Source of the DNA: Thalia democratica
Lineage: Eukaryota
Reading direction: 5' to 3'
Assembly: GCA_965202585.1 (NCBI GenBank)
Contig: OZ241826.1
Location: forward strand, 70,928,001 to 70,992,000
DNA: 64,000 bases
The position numbers and the translations under genes were made by a program. Every line of letters begins with the position of its first letter. The first letter of the stretch is position 1. Below are positions 27,101 through 41,200 of this stretch, in pieces. The notes beneath the pieces were generated by a model that was not told where the DNA came from, made no database searches, and saw only the letters and a list, made by a program, of their open reading frames with translations.

Positions 27101-29249
27101 CTGATAACGAGCAAAATAAACTGTTTTAGTTTGTTAAGACATAGTTTTTTATATCAGATATAAAATGTTGAAGTTTTAAATTTGAAAACAATATAAAACC
27201 TGTTTAGTTTATAGACTTTATAAAAAACTTGTTTGCTTTTTTGCTATTTTACATGTTTTTAATATTTTTGACTCGTTAATTTATGCTCTACAAACTTTTA
27301 TAGGCGTAATAAAATACTGTTATTTTCCCATATAAGTTGTAAAATGTTAAGCGATTAGAAACAGATAACTGAAAACAAAAATTTCGGTTCTTTACTTTGA
27401 ATACACAACATTTAAAGAGTAGTATAAATATATATATATATAGATTTATAACAGCTTTCATCAAATAATACACAGAAAATTTGTGTTGTAAGTTGAGCAA
27501 AATTAATCATCTGAATTAAATTTATTTTTGAAAAAAAATTGGGTTATTTTTTATAAACTTACTAAAAATTTTTCATACAATTTCAATTGACATTAATAAA
27601 TACAGCTATGATAAACATATATAAATTACATACAAACATTTGAAAATTTCTTTTATATATTGTTTACGTTACGATTATTATAAATAACTTTTTTCAAGTC
27701 TTGGTGAGGAATTGTTTTTACAATTCATTAAATTGACTAAAATTTATAAGATATTATTGAAAATAATATAATTACTTATGTACTTTTCTTTAAATTGTGT
27801 TGAATGTATTTATAAAATTTGTTACATAATATGTAAATGAAGTTGCCACAATTGTATTAGCTCTTATATAACCTCAAGACTAGTTGTTAATCAGAAATTA
27901 GATATTTAAAAAAGCGATTTACACAACTTAATTGATAGTCTTTATATTGTAAAAACATGTTACGATCAAGTACAATAATCTGTATGCGGTTTACCAATAA
28001 ACATATAAGGGATAAAACTTTATACTTAAGCGTTTAAAACATAATTGATAATCGGTTTATTTGTACTAAAAAAAAAAAATTTTGTATTTAATCAACTCAA
28101 TACATTAACAAAAGTTTGTTTAATAAATTTTAAGCAATTTAAAATCCTCAATATTCAAACTTTAATTTTATATAAAAGAAAATAAATTAAACTAAACGCA
28201 ATAAATGAAATTTACTTAAGTGTGCTAGTTTTTATCTGTAAAAGATTAAGTTTTTATTCAACTAGTAATAGCTTTAATTTTTTAAGAAGCAGTTATTTTT
28301 TCTAAGAAACATATAAGTACTTTCATACTAAAATTACTAAAAAAGCTTTTAAGTATCAGTAAAAATAGTATTCTTGAGAAACATTTTTAATTTAAGTTCA
28401 GACGATATTAAAATTTATTAAAAAATCAGTTTAATTGGATCTAGACAAATAAAATAATGACATTTGACTTTGTTTTTATACTTCGAAAGCATATTTCAAA
28501 AAATCAGGTTATATTTAGATTTCAATTCAAGTGATGTAAATATTAGTTGTTGACTATAAAAACCAGAAGATTTATTTAAAGCTAAAAATTAGTTTACTTA
28601 ATTCACCAAAAGTGCACTTTGTTTTTTGTTTTTTTAATTTGTAAACCCTTCAAAAAAAATTTCGTTACAGTTTTAACAAAATAAGTGTAATATCTCAAAG
28701 TATTTAAACTTATTTTCAGGGTGATATCGTTAAGATTTTTAATTAAAACAAAATAGGTTAATTGTTTTCAAACACGTTCTAATTTAATACTGAATTTAAC
28801 TAAGTAACTTTTTCTATTCTATGGTACGTTGACATATTCATAAAGAGAAAAATTTAACTGCCAGCATTTCAATCAAAAGTTTTAGTTTGTTAATTTCCAA
28901 GGCCTTTAGAACTTATAAACCAAATTTAGATTTACTACTTAGATTAAAACATGTAGAAACGTAAAATGAACACTTTATTTACGAATAAAAACTATTTTAA
29001 CTTAAAAAAGACTAAGCTCTACTGGTTCAAACCAAATTTATGTACATGATAAAAACTTGAACCCTTTTATTTAGCTACCATTTTTACTTACTATTAAAAT
29101 TTAAACCAAAATCAATCGAAATTTTACTCGACGAGAGACGTTATTTTTAATGACAAAACGTGAAAAAAATCAACATCATCGAAAAACTTTCTATTTAAAA
29201 ATTCTAACAACACAGTCTCCGCGCGGGAAACCCTCCAACTTGAGCGAAT

Positions 29250-32200
29250 CTACTTTTTGAGCTGCGAGTAGGCGGCTGCCTGCTGATACGAGGCGTAATA
29301 CTGGGAGTACTGAGCGTTCAACGCCGCCGCGGCCTGCTGCTGCTGGGCTACTTGCTGCTGCTGCACCACGGCCACCTGCTGCTGGGCCGCCGCTGCTTGC
29401 TGGACCGCCTGCGCGTTCGCCTGCTGAGAGTAGTACTGCGCCCACTGCTGGGAGTAATCTGCGGCCTGTTGGAAAAAAATTGTTTTAAAATTGTTTTGAG
29501 TATCAAAAATGGAGTTGGACTGTTTGAAAACATTGATTTTACTTTTCAATATGAAGCAATCATCACAAAATAAATGATTTCGTATTATATTAATTATCAA
29601 ACTATTGGCTTATCTTTCTATACTGTTTACTTCATTTAAAAATTAAAACATGTTGCTTGGTTTATAAATTTTTACAATAAGTTCAACAGAAATCACAAAA
29701 CTACGAATGAAAACGTACCGGTGCCGGTTGAGCTTGTTGTTGAGCGACCTGCTGAGCTGCGTACGCGTAAGCCTGCTGCTGGCTCGCCGCCACCTGCGCC
29801 ACTTGAGGGTGAGCTGCTGCTGCTGCCACCTGACCGCTTACCTGCTTCATCAATTGCTTAAGTACAAAAGTATACGAGTTAAATGATATTTGTTGGTAAA
29901 ATCTCAACTTGTTGGTAAAATTTAATATTTACATATCCAAAATGCGTTGAAATAATTTTAATTCGTGCAATAAAAAAAGGTAATTATTTTTAAAACCATT
30001 TAAATAAAAACTCCAATTACATCAACAAACCTGATAAGCAGTTTGAGCGTTTTGCACGACGGCGGTGGTATGAGTGACCTGCTGCCTCTGCTGCTGAGCC
30101 GCCGCCGCGGCCGCCGCTGCTGCTGCTTGCTGCTGGGCATACTGCTGCGCCAACTGCTGGGCCTGCTGCTGCTGCGCTGATTGCGCCGCCGTCAACTGCT
30201 GCTGCGCTGATTGCTGCTGAGGCGCGCGAGTCTGCTGCGCCTTAACAAGCTTTTGTGTAAACGATAATAAGTTAAACATTAACTGTTAGAATGTCTAAAA
30301 ATGTTGCTTTAAAACAATAGCGTTCAAACACAAACAAAACCTGAACAAAAAAGATTAAGAGCTATTACATTAAGTAAGTCTATTGTACTTAAAATTTTTA
30401 TGAACTCACAGAAGCTTGGATCTGAGCAGTTTGGGCCTGGTAAGCGCGATCGAAGTCGCTCATCTGTGAAAATAATAATATTTATATTTTCAAATATATA
30501 TACATGTATAAGATATAAGGTTAAAAGGCGTTAAATCCTAGAGATCCTGATAAGCTAAGCTTATCGGAATATATACCTATTCTTAGAGCTTTTTTGATAC
30601 TCCGTATATCTGTTCTTAAATTTATTTGAGAGCAGTGAAACGCCGTTAGTCGGAATAAAGTTTTGAAACAAAAACATCTGTGGTATATACATGTATATAA
30701 ATTTACAAGTGAGTGACTTACAGGCTTGGCAGATGGTTGAAACGTGTTTTTTGCAGTCGAACGATTTTGCTGGTTGCTTTGGTTTTGCTGGCGTCTAATT
30801 ATAACAATAACAATATTATTCTTAAGTTCAATAGAAAAACAATTTTCCATTACAATTAGAAAACTATGTTGTATGTGAAATTAAACCAATGATATAACGG
30901 AATTTTAATCAGCTCTTATCTTAGTTATAATGAAAGTGTAAACAACAAAAAACTTCGCTTCAACTAGAATTAGTCTTTAACACTTTTATGTTTAAACAAA
31001 TTAAAATCATAAAACTAACTGATGATGATTTTGTCCACTTTTGTTGTTTGTTTGGTTATGACTAGATCCGCGGTTGTTATTATTCTGCTGGGAGTTGTCT
31101 GTTAGGTTCAAATAAAATGTTATATTTTATAATGAATAGCTTACAACTTTAACAAATCAACGATGTTTTTTAAATTTAATTAAAAATAGAAGAAAATTAT
31201 TATTTTTTATTGCTAATGAATCAGTTGTAACACAACGTTCATTGTGATACAACTTATTCATTAATCTATTAGAACAATTTTAATTTTAAAATAAAACTTG
31301 AATTAAAAAAAGTATATATATAAAACTTTAACTTTTAAATAAAAAATAGATAATACATAAGAAGTAATACAAAATAGAAGTTTTTTTTTAAATATACCAA
31401 CAAACAGCAGTTAACTTTAAATTTTTTGAGCGTTACTTAAACTAGAAGGTTAACTTGTCAAGCAAGTAATTTTAATTAAAGCTAATTAGATTTTAGGTGC
31501 AACACTTACACAAGCATAAAAAAAAGCTTTAGTTAAAATATTAAAACTTACTCTTGCTGGAATTCCAATTATCTCTTTGACTATTTTGATTGTTCTGACG
31601 ATTTCCAAAACCACCACCTGTATTCGATTATATTTTTACAACATGATACTTTTAACCCTAAATTCACTTATACTGTTGCAAAATAATAACTAGTTTTCAA
31701 CTGTATGATACAAACAAATATGCTCAATAAACTAATATAATATAATGAACTTAATTTTAAAACTAATAATTTTGTTGTATTTTCAAAATGCAGCAGTAAG
31801 TTTTATTCACAAGTACAAAACACACCCATATTGTTGTTTCCTTGGAAACCGGGTCTGTGCCCGCCGAAGCGCATTGGACCGCCAAATCTCATGGGGCCGC
31901 CGCGACCCATCATCGGTGGACCCCAAGGCCTCATTCCAGGTCGCATTCCTGGCCTCATGCCGGGGCCGCCGAACCTTAAAGTAGAATTAATTTTAGTTTA
32001 ATGTAGGTTTATGTAAAAAAGTTTATTAATAACAACTACCTTAAACTAAAATATACCTTTTTAATCGTAAACTTCAAACGTATTGAACAATAAAAATAAA
32101 ATAAAAGCAATCAAATGACTACAAAGAAAAAAAAGTTTATATTCACCAACTGATTTAAAATTAACTTTATTCTTCAAGCGTATCTTTTTACATTCTTTAA

Positions 32201-35200
32201 ACTTATGTAACTATAAATTAACTGACGACTTTAATATTAAATACGTAAGTATACCAAAAGTAAAGATGAACTCACCTCATCATGGGGCCTGGACCTTGAG
32301 GCCTGAACTTCTTCATACCGGGTCCGGCAAACTCGGCCATTCTCTTTCTCGCTTCGATCTTGTAATTGGTTATCTGCTTGTCGGCTTCCTCGCCTGACAG
32401 CTCCAAAAACTCAACTTCCTCGAACAAGCTGCCCTGCTCCGGGAACGTGTAGCTGGCTGAAAGAAAATTTTGATTTATATGTTATAAGAACTTTGATTTT
32501 TATTTACTTTTTAACCTTTTTTTAAGTTCTGTAACTTTTGTTTGCAGAAAAATATTTTTAAAACAAAACTTTTAACTAAAAATTTGTAGAAATTGTGGAC
32601 TATAACTGTGCGAGCTTAACTTCTATTTTAACATTTTCAATAAATGCAATATGTAAGCTACTACTCGCTTGACAATTACTTTTAGCATGTACAAATGTTA
32701 GATAACTACTTATCTATAAAACTATAAAAACATCAAAATGCAGTGTTTAAATACGTTGTATAGACTTTACAACAAAAATTAAAACAAACCTTTCATTTTG
32801 AAGAGTACGGGATCTGGGATGTCCCTGCCTTCCTCGCTGTACCTCTTGTAGCACCGCTGCTTGTAATTGTCGTGAGTTGGAACGATCACCACCGCCTTCC
32901 TGTGGAACCCTTCGAACTGACGCATCTTCATACGCGATGACTCGCTCACGTTCGCCTTAGAATTTTTATTTGCTTTACTTGGTTGACAACTTTGTGTTGA
33001 TTAACTATTTTAAGTAGTTTAAATATAAAGAAAGACTATTTTATTCAAGTTGTAAATAGAGTAAAACTATTTAATTTCAAACTTTTTTTTTTTTATCTGT
33101 AAATATTTCTAGGAAAAAATCATCAATAAACACAAAATAAACCTAATCAGTAAAATAAACATTCCTTTCTTACCTGATCGAGGATGTAGTTACGCTTGGT
33201 CCTGCAGGCACGATCAATGAACTGCGGCATTATGTCGAATGCAATTTGCACTTTCTCCTCACGTCTCATATCGGCCAGTCCCGTTACCTGCAATCATGTG
33301 AGAAATCTTTCTTATTTGGGTAAGAATAAATTTATAAAGTCTTATATAGTTTTATTCTTTTATAGGAGATACTTAATAGAAACTATTCTACTTTAACTAA
33401 GAAATGACAATAAAATTTCATACTTAAGCCTAATTTGTATAAAATAATAAGTTTTAACCATACTATTGAACATTAAACAATAAACTAATAACAAACTCAC
33501 AGTCATTTTGGAAACCAAGGCTTTGGTTCCAATCACATTATAATTCATATCTGGATTTTCAGTACACAGCTTGCTGCAATAATGTGATTTTCCACAACCT
33601 GGAAGACCGCACATCATGATGACCTGTTTTTAAATAAATGTTTTTAATAAATGTTTTGTTTACGAATATTTGAATTTAGCGTTATACATTGTTCAAATAT
33701 CCAGTACAACAATGACGGCTTGTAGTTTATACAAGTCCTTTATGGGCCTATTCGTACCTAAAACTAACAAGTTTTTAACTTGAGTAAGGGCGATACAAGT
33801 AAACTTTTATTTAATATCAAGTGTTGTAATCTAAATGAACTCACTTGGCAATCTTTCTTATCAGTTTTTGCAACAACTTCGCGCTTTCTGTCTTCCAAAT
33901 CGACTTGTCCGATAAATTTGTAATCTGAAAACTCTTCAGGTACTTCAGAGAATGCTTTTTCCTGTTAAGAAAATAAACTTGATTACTAAATAAATTAAAC
34001 GTATTTGGCTGTAGTTTCTATTTGATACTTCGAAACATTATTGGTTAAGTAAATTTTATCTCTAAAGTACGTAAAACCTGTTTAGCTTGAACTAGCAAAA
34101 GTTATCATTCTTATAAACTGCTAACTGATTATATTAAGCTAATGAGTTGAAAATAATAAATATATGTATTGCGATTACTATTGGTATAACTCATTTATCT
34201 TAAACACAGTAAAAATCAATTTTTTATTATTTTTAATATTTATTTACCTAAAATACTTTGTACATAGACATTTTTTAACGTTTTTGGAAATTTATTAATT
34301 GCCACATTGTCAGCAGCAAGAAATAAAAATTAAAATTTTATATTAAAACTGGAAACAAACTTTTAGTCCAAAGTTGACCTCAACAACAGTGTTCAAGCAA
34401 GAAACGTGAGGAAACAAATATTTTCCGTTCAAGTTCTTCTTGTCAAAAGTAAAAGCTTCGCCTAGACTTTCGCCGTTCTTAGTGAACACAAACACGACAT
34501 TTCCGTCACCTGACATATCCTGTTAGTTTTATGCTTTAGTTTAACATATAGACACATTTTTTATTATGCTAAAATATGCTTTAATTAGTTTGCTGTAAGT
34601 AAGATACAGAAATCTATATACGATATCTTACAGAAAACGTAAAAATAAAAATAAACATTAAAGACCTGTTATAACAGTTTTTAATTAAATCTAACTAAGT
34701 TAAAAACAAAAACACGTATCACTGAATACTTACCATGAAGCAACCGATGGTATTGCCCGTATCATAAGGAGTAATTAATATTAAAATAAATATATACATA
34801 GTTATTTTTAAACAGTTGTTATCTAATTCGAATAGTTTTAAAATTCCAAAGCACAAAACTCATCTCAAAACTGACCATGAAACAACCGATGACGTCGCCG
34901 GTCTTGAACGTCTTTCCGTACGACTTGCTCTTGGCGTTGCTCACCGCCTTGCTCGTGCTGCAGTACGCGAACGACGTCTCGCCCTCGCCCGCACACATGT
35001 CCACCCTCGAGCTTTGCGACCATCCCACCCTCACGGCGTGCTTCTGGTGCGCGGGGGGCAGGTGACGCGCGTTGTTGCGCTCGCCGACCTGCACGTTGTA
35101 CTCGGTTTAAGTGTTGGAGAGGTTTCAAGTTGCGAGTTCGAGGCGGTAAAAATACAGCAACTGAAGCGGGAGAATCAAAAACCAACTTGGGTCGGAACGT

Positions 35201-38200
35201 ATTGAGGCCGTTTCCCAACTAGTGGTTAGGGAATGCTGATAGCAGTTGTGCTTTTTATTGGGTTATTTGTAAATTTTAACATTTCAGGCTTACCACTCAT
35301 TGAAATTACTACCCATTGAAGCTTTATACAGCAAAAGTGACAATAAAATCAAACTGCATGGATTGGTAAAAATTTATACCAATAAAAAATTTAATTAGTA
35401 CTAGTAACAAAAGTGGTTTTTTATCAAGTATTAATAATATAATTTAAGTTAAAAACCATAGTTTGTTTAATCAAAACTTATTATCTTAGGACAATTATTT
35501 TAATTTCTTCACAAGAAACTAGCCTGAGATATATAAAAAAAACCTCTAGCCTGAGACATACAAAAAAATTTAACCGTCCTGAGAGGGGGTTACTGGATTA
35601 GGTAAATGGAGAGGCTGGGTTTCGAAAAACGATTATTTTACAAAACATTTTCTAAATTAAACTAGGTTTTTTTTTTTGAGTCTGCACTTTAGTCACTGTA
35701 TAAAAACAAAAAATAAAAGGCGCAAAAACAAGAATAAATGCTGCATATAAAGAAAATAAAATGCATACCACGAATTTTAATAAAACAAAAAGTACACAAT
35801 AAACAAAATAAAATCACAGTATAGTTCTAGTGAACAATTTTATTTAGAATAAAAAGAGTAGTTGTTCTTCTTTGAATTTTGTGGTTATGCACTGAAGATT
35901 TAGTAATCCGGATTTTCAAAACAGCATAGTGAAAAAACGATTCGTTTCAATAAAAAATAAGGTGAATTCATTTCTACTATTTATAATACAACAATCAACA
36001 TGCAATATTGCTGGATATTTAACAATACTTGTAAAATAAGAGTTTCTATTTTGTTCAAAGTAACATTTATAATAACCTGCTATAGGTAAACAAAATATTT
36101 TGGATGTAAATTAAAATGTAATGCCTACGAGTTGTAAATATTCATATCACACTTATTTTTATTATAAAAAAGCCCAGTTGAACATTTTACTTATGTTCAT
36201 GTTACCTCTTTTACTGTTAGGATTTCGTTGAAACGACTTGATAAGTCTTCCTTTCATAGCACACAGCAGGCTTTCTTCTAAAAAATCATCTGAGAAAAGT
36301 TTACTCACACCATTTATGATGTTGCTTAATAGATAGTCTGTTATAAATGGATGTTATACCTATATGTTATTGCTTATATTATTTGATAAATTATTTAGCA
36401 ATGGTCTTGCAAATAATTTTACTTTTAAACATCGCGTTGAAATATTTAGAATATTTTCGATTATTTTTTTGTTATCAGATTTTGACAAAATAAATGAATT
36501 AACTTTGTGAATTGAGGTTGTTTAATTTAACGTACAATTTAGTCAATGTTGATCTTTTTAACTAAATTATTTGTTTTAAATTATAAACAAGTTCAAGTTG
36601 TCTTAGTTAATTTATTACACTTTTTTAGATTAAACTAAAATTAAAGTAGGTATAAAAACTTTAGGAAAAAAATAGGTCAACTGATACTAAAAAAAAACTC
36701 TCAATCATTTTTTAATTAACAACTTGACTTAAAGTGATGTTTAATTTACACATAAGTTTAAATATATTTTACACAACTTTTTAATTCTCAACTATATTTA
36801 CTCCACAGTCTTTAATTTAACCAATATAATAAAAAATAATGTTGATTAAGTTTTGTTAGCATATCAAAGCAATCTTCTGAATTTAAGTTTTAATAAACTC
36901 ATTTTCAATAAAATATTTTCATCAACTTTTGTAAAATCTTATTAAAAAGTTAAGTAGAAATAAATGTTTTTATTTTGAAGACAATCAATTAAGAAACTAT
37001 TTAAAATTAAAAAAACATTTAATTATATTAATTTGAAAAAATTGTTTTACTGGAGTATTTAATTCTAAAAATTGTCTTTAAAAAGCATACGTTGAAGGAA
37101 ATCTATCAGGATTAAAGAAAATAATTCAGACACCAGTTACGCAATTTATCACTTGAAGTTTTTTTAATTATAAAAAAATGTAAAAATATTTTTGATAAGT
37201 TAACTAAGAATGGTATTTGTTTTATAGTAGCAATTGAAAACTTCACTGTAATGTTTATAATTGGTTTTTGTTAAACCATGTTTTTACTCTAATAAAAAAA
37301 ACAGAAATTCAAACTAAAAGCGGGTATTTTTTTATTTTAATCAGCTCCTAAAATACCTTTTGAAATAAAACAAATGGACTTAAAATTAAACGTGTATAGT
37401 TAATAAGTATATTGTGCAAATATTTTTGTAATCAAAAATAATTTTTAACTTATGTAAAAACTTCATACTCTTTTAGTAAAAAATGTTTAAAATTCATATT
37501 ATAAAATTAAACATTATCATTGCAACTTATTTTTTTTAATTTAAACTTGTGTTAATGTCTATATTGTACTTGGAAAATTAAAATTATAGGTAAACAATTC
37601 AAGTTTGAAATACAGTTTTATAATTTAAGACATTTTGTCCTAGTAGCTTTGGATCATACAATGTTAATCGTGATATATAAAGTCTTCTACAGTTAGAAAA
37701 ATAAATTATAAATGAATAAAAAATAATTATTAGATAAGTAATAACTTTCTATTCAAACTGGGAGTAGTTAATTACTGATAATGGTAAAAACAGTTATAAG
37801 TATATGTATAGTTATAAAAGTGTGATTGATATTTACAGACAACTCAATTTATAACATATATTTTGATTTAAATGAATTAAATTTACTTCCCAACACCTTT
37901 GTAACGCATAGCAAAAAACTTTTAATTAAGTTCAAAAAACATTGTTATTTTCAAGTTGCAGTGGATTAAAAAGCTTCAAACCATTTTTTATTCTTCATCT
38001 GGAACATCTGGATCTTCAACTTCTTTCATTTTAACAACAAAAACAATACTAACAAAATAAACCATAACCCAAAACGATTATTATATATTTTTAAATAAAA
38101 AAGTATTTTGATTACTATAAGTGCTGCGTTTTGGGTTATGGGTTTCATAGCAGAAAAAAAAACAATATACCACAGATAGGAAAGAAAAAAATTAACAATT

Positions 38201-41200
38201 ACGGCAAAAAATTAGAAGCTTATTTACAAAAACTTTACCTTTGTAGATCTGAAAACATAGAAATAAAATACAAAATACTTTTACTATTCAACTATAAACT
38301 TTTTAAAACTTAAAATAATTTTTGAAATAGTATTTTACTTCGTTTAATTTAAGTGTTTAGGTTAAAATACAGAATAAGATAACAAACCTTGCACTCATAG
38401 TAAACTTTTCCCTTGTTAACTCCGTGCGTTGCCCTGCTGCTACCCCACAAAAACGCAAACCCGTCCATTGACAAAGGAGACATTGTTGTTCGACCGTCAT
38501 ACAACTGGATGAGTTTTTTTTTTTTTTTTGAAAAACATTTAGTATTACACCATAACAATAACAATTTTATATTAGTCACAGGACGTCAACTTTGTTTTTA
38601 ACTTTTTAATATATAGTTTCAAATGCTCAAAATAATATATAGTAAACTATTGTATTTAACTCGTAATTACTTCATTTCAAATGAGTAACCTTGATGTTTA
38701 GAGAGCTGTTAGACTTGTCTAAAACGACTATATTTTCATCAAAATCTTCTTCCGGTTCTTCTGGTGGAGGAACGAACCTTTAAACATTAACTTAAATTAT
38801 ATCTTGTCACACAATGAGATAGACAGGGTGGCCATTAGTTTTTTGAAATTACTTCCAGGTTTTATGAATTTTTTCCAGGTTTTTGAATGTATACGTTTTA
38901 GGGTCTATTTTCAGTTTAAATTTAAGTTTATAGTAAAAACTGTGTTAAATAATATAATAACATTAAAAAGATATTGTAGAGCTACTTTAAATGAGCTTTT
39001 GAATAAAAAAAATGTAGATGATGACAAATTTTTTTAATCTGTTTGTAATGCTATATTTTTTGTTTCAAATCAATATTCTACTACTTAACATGTAAAAATT
39101 GTTTAAAATTCCAGGTTTTTCAGTGATTTTATTCAAAAATCCTAAATAATATATAAATACGCCTTGAGAATAATAATAATAATTTTTCAAACATTAGTTT
39201 TTAAAACTAAAATAGTTAGTTATTAGGATCCCATAAAAATAATAAAGAAGTTGGATTTTTTTTATCTAAAATATAACTTACATTTTATTGTTTTCATCAG
39301 GCTTGTTTGTTTGCTTTGTTTCAGAATGCGAACGTTTTCTATCGTTTGTATCACCTATTTTTTACAGAAAAGCATATTTAATTATTAAAAAAACTTGTTG
39401 CAAAAAAATAGTTGACTAGTTAGCTAAGTAACTACTTACTTGTCTCAGTGGGTTCAAGCTGTGCACTAACAGATGTAGTAACTGAAAAGTAAGGTATAGT
39501 TACTATATATATATATATACATGATACTGTTGAAATCGTTTTAATAAATTATAAAATCAAGTTTACATTTTAAACTTACCCTCCACATCTGCGTCTGTCC
39601 ATTCAGTTTCCTGAAATAAAGAAATATTTAACTTCTTATTTTGAATATTTAGCAATTTATTGCCAGCTTAAATTCATTTTAACATATAATGGGAATTTGA
39701 TTTAGTATATTTAAATTAAAAAACACTTTGAGAAAAATAAAAAGTTGAGCTTTACTAGTTCTAGAAACTTTTAAGAAAAAGTCTATAAAATATACTTTTG
39801 ATTGCTCAAGCTTTTCAGTTTAATCTTAACTGTACTAAAATTTTTACAAGCTTAAAGAATAAAGATTTTATAATAGTTTTGTTTAATTTAATATTCTGCT
39901 TACCTTAAGCTCATCATCATTGGCTTCCAGGTCGACCTGGATCTCATCTTGGCTTTCCTCGTTCTGTTCTTCAACTTGGACTTCTTCATCCTGGGCGACT
40001 TCTTCAGGTTGCTCTTCCATCACTTCTTCTGCTGCTTCTTCCTGGGCAACTTCTTCCTGGGCAACTTCTTCCTGGGCAACTTCTTCCTGAGCAGCTTCCT
40101 CCTGAGCAGCTTCTTCTTGTACTGCCTCTTCGCTCTGCTCCACCTCTGCCTCTTCAGCGACTTCATCTTCCATCTGCTCTTCCGGGCTCACCTCGCTCTG
40201 GAACTCTTCCGAGTCCATCATTGCCTCCTGTTCTGCAGCTTCAGCAGCTTCCTCTTCGGCTTCGAGGTCGACCGGTGGCGGGCTGTCTTCCCTGACTGGG
40301 CTGACCTCGTCTGAAGTTCCATCCTTTATGAAAATTATCTGTAACTGACAAAAAAAATAAAAAGAAACACTATAATCTTAATAGTAACCAAATTTCTTTT
40401 GAATTTACTAAAGTTGTTTTGATGTGTGCTGACAGCCTGTCAGGTACTTAAGCATACCAAACATACGCTATTAGTTGTACCTGATAACCTTTGTAAATAG
40501 TAATAGTTAATTATTTTAGTTCATTAAATAAAAATTAGTTAACTAACATTATTATCATTGTAAAATCACTATAAATATGATACATAAAAAAAACAACCAT
40601 TGTTTTGTTGGACAATAGAAGAATTAACATCAAAAATCAATCTAATATTTTTTACTTGGTAATAATCAATACTTATCTTAAATAATTTATTCATATGTTT
40701 AAGACTAAATAAATAACAAACAAAATAATATTTCTTTAACAATGTACAGGTTTTTACAAAAATTTTTAGAAAATAAAGTCAAATTGCAATTTTAAATAAC
40801 TTACTTTTTATTTTCATAATGTTTAATAAACATTATTTTCTAACTTTACTTTAATTAACTATTTACTGATGATTATAAATACCTAACAAAATTAAAAAGA
40901 TCAATTAAGAATATTAGTTTGCTGGAAAAAAATACGAAACTTTAAATTTAAATACTTTAAAACAAATATCTTTTTATGACAGTTTAAACTGTAATTATAA
41001 AAGCTGCTACAGAGTTAAAATCATTTTCATATGTCATAAATACTAAGACTTTTCAAAGTTTAAATTTTAAAACTAGAGGGCTGCTTAGTAAAACAGAAAA
41101 GTTATAATAAAAATAAATGATAGTCATGAAAAACATAAAAAGACATTTATCATCAGTAAAAACTAACATTGGATATTTCATCTTGCTGAATATCTTCAGG

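Noticed and set aside
23700-29190. Long intergenic stretch between the GH30-like 5' end and the hnRNP U 3' end, scanned for RNA genes
   Set aside because: No tRNA cloverleaf, rRNA or snRNA motif recognised; only one dispersed repeat. ORFs here are AT-rich chance frames.
29191-29573. ORFs 29191-29445, 29348-29533 and 29352-29573
   Set aside because: Alternate frames of the CAG/GCC-rich last hnRNP U exon.
34816-35218. 129-aa plus-strand and 117-aa minus-strand ORFs over the SPRY exon as overlapping genes
   Set aside because: Explained by stop-codon scarcity in a very GC-rich exon; non-ATG starts and no recognisable motifs.
38062-38141. 15-bp inverted repeat CCATAACCCAAAACG / CGTTTTGGGTTATGG
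   Set aside because: Real but short; probably a MITE remnant with no further evidence of function.
39949-40314. Hydrophobic 121-aa plus-strand ORF that looks like a membrane protein
   Set aside because: Antisense translation of the Glu-rich GAA/GAG repeat exon.
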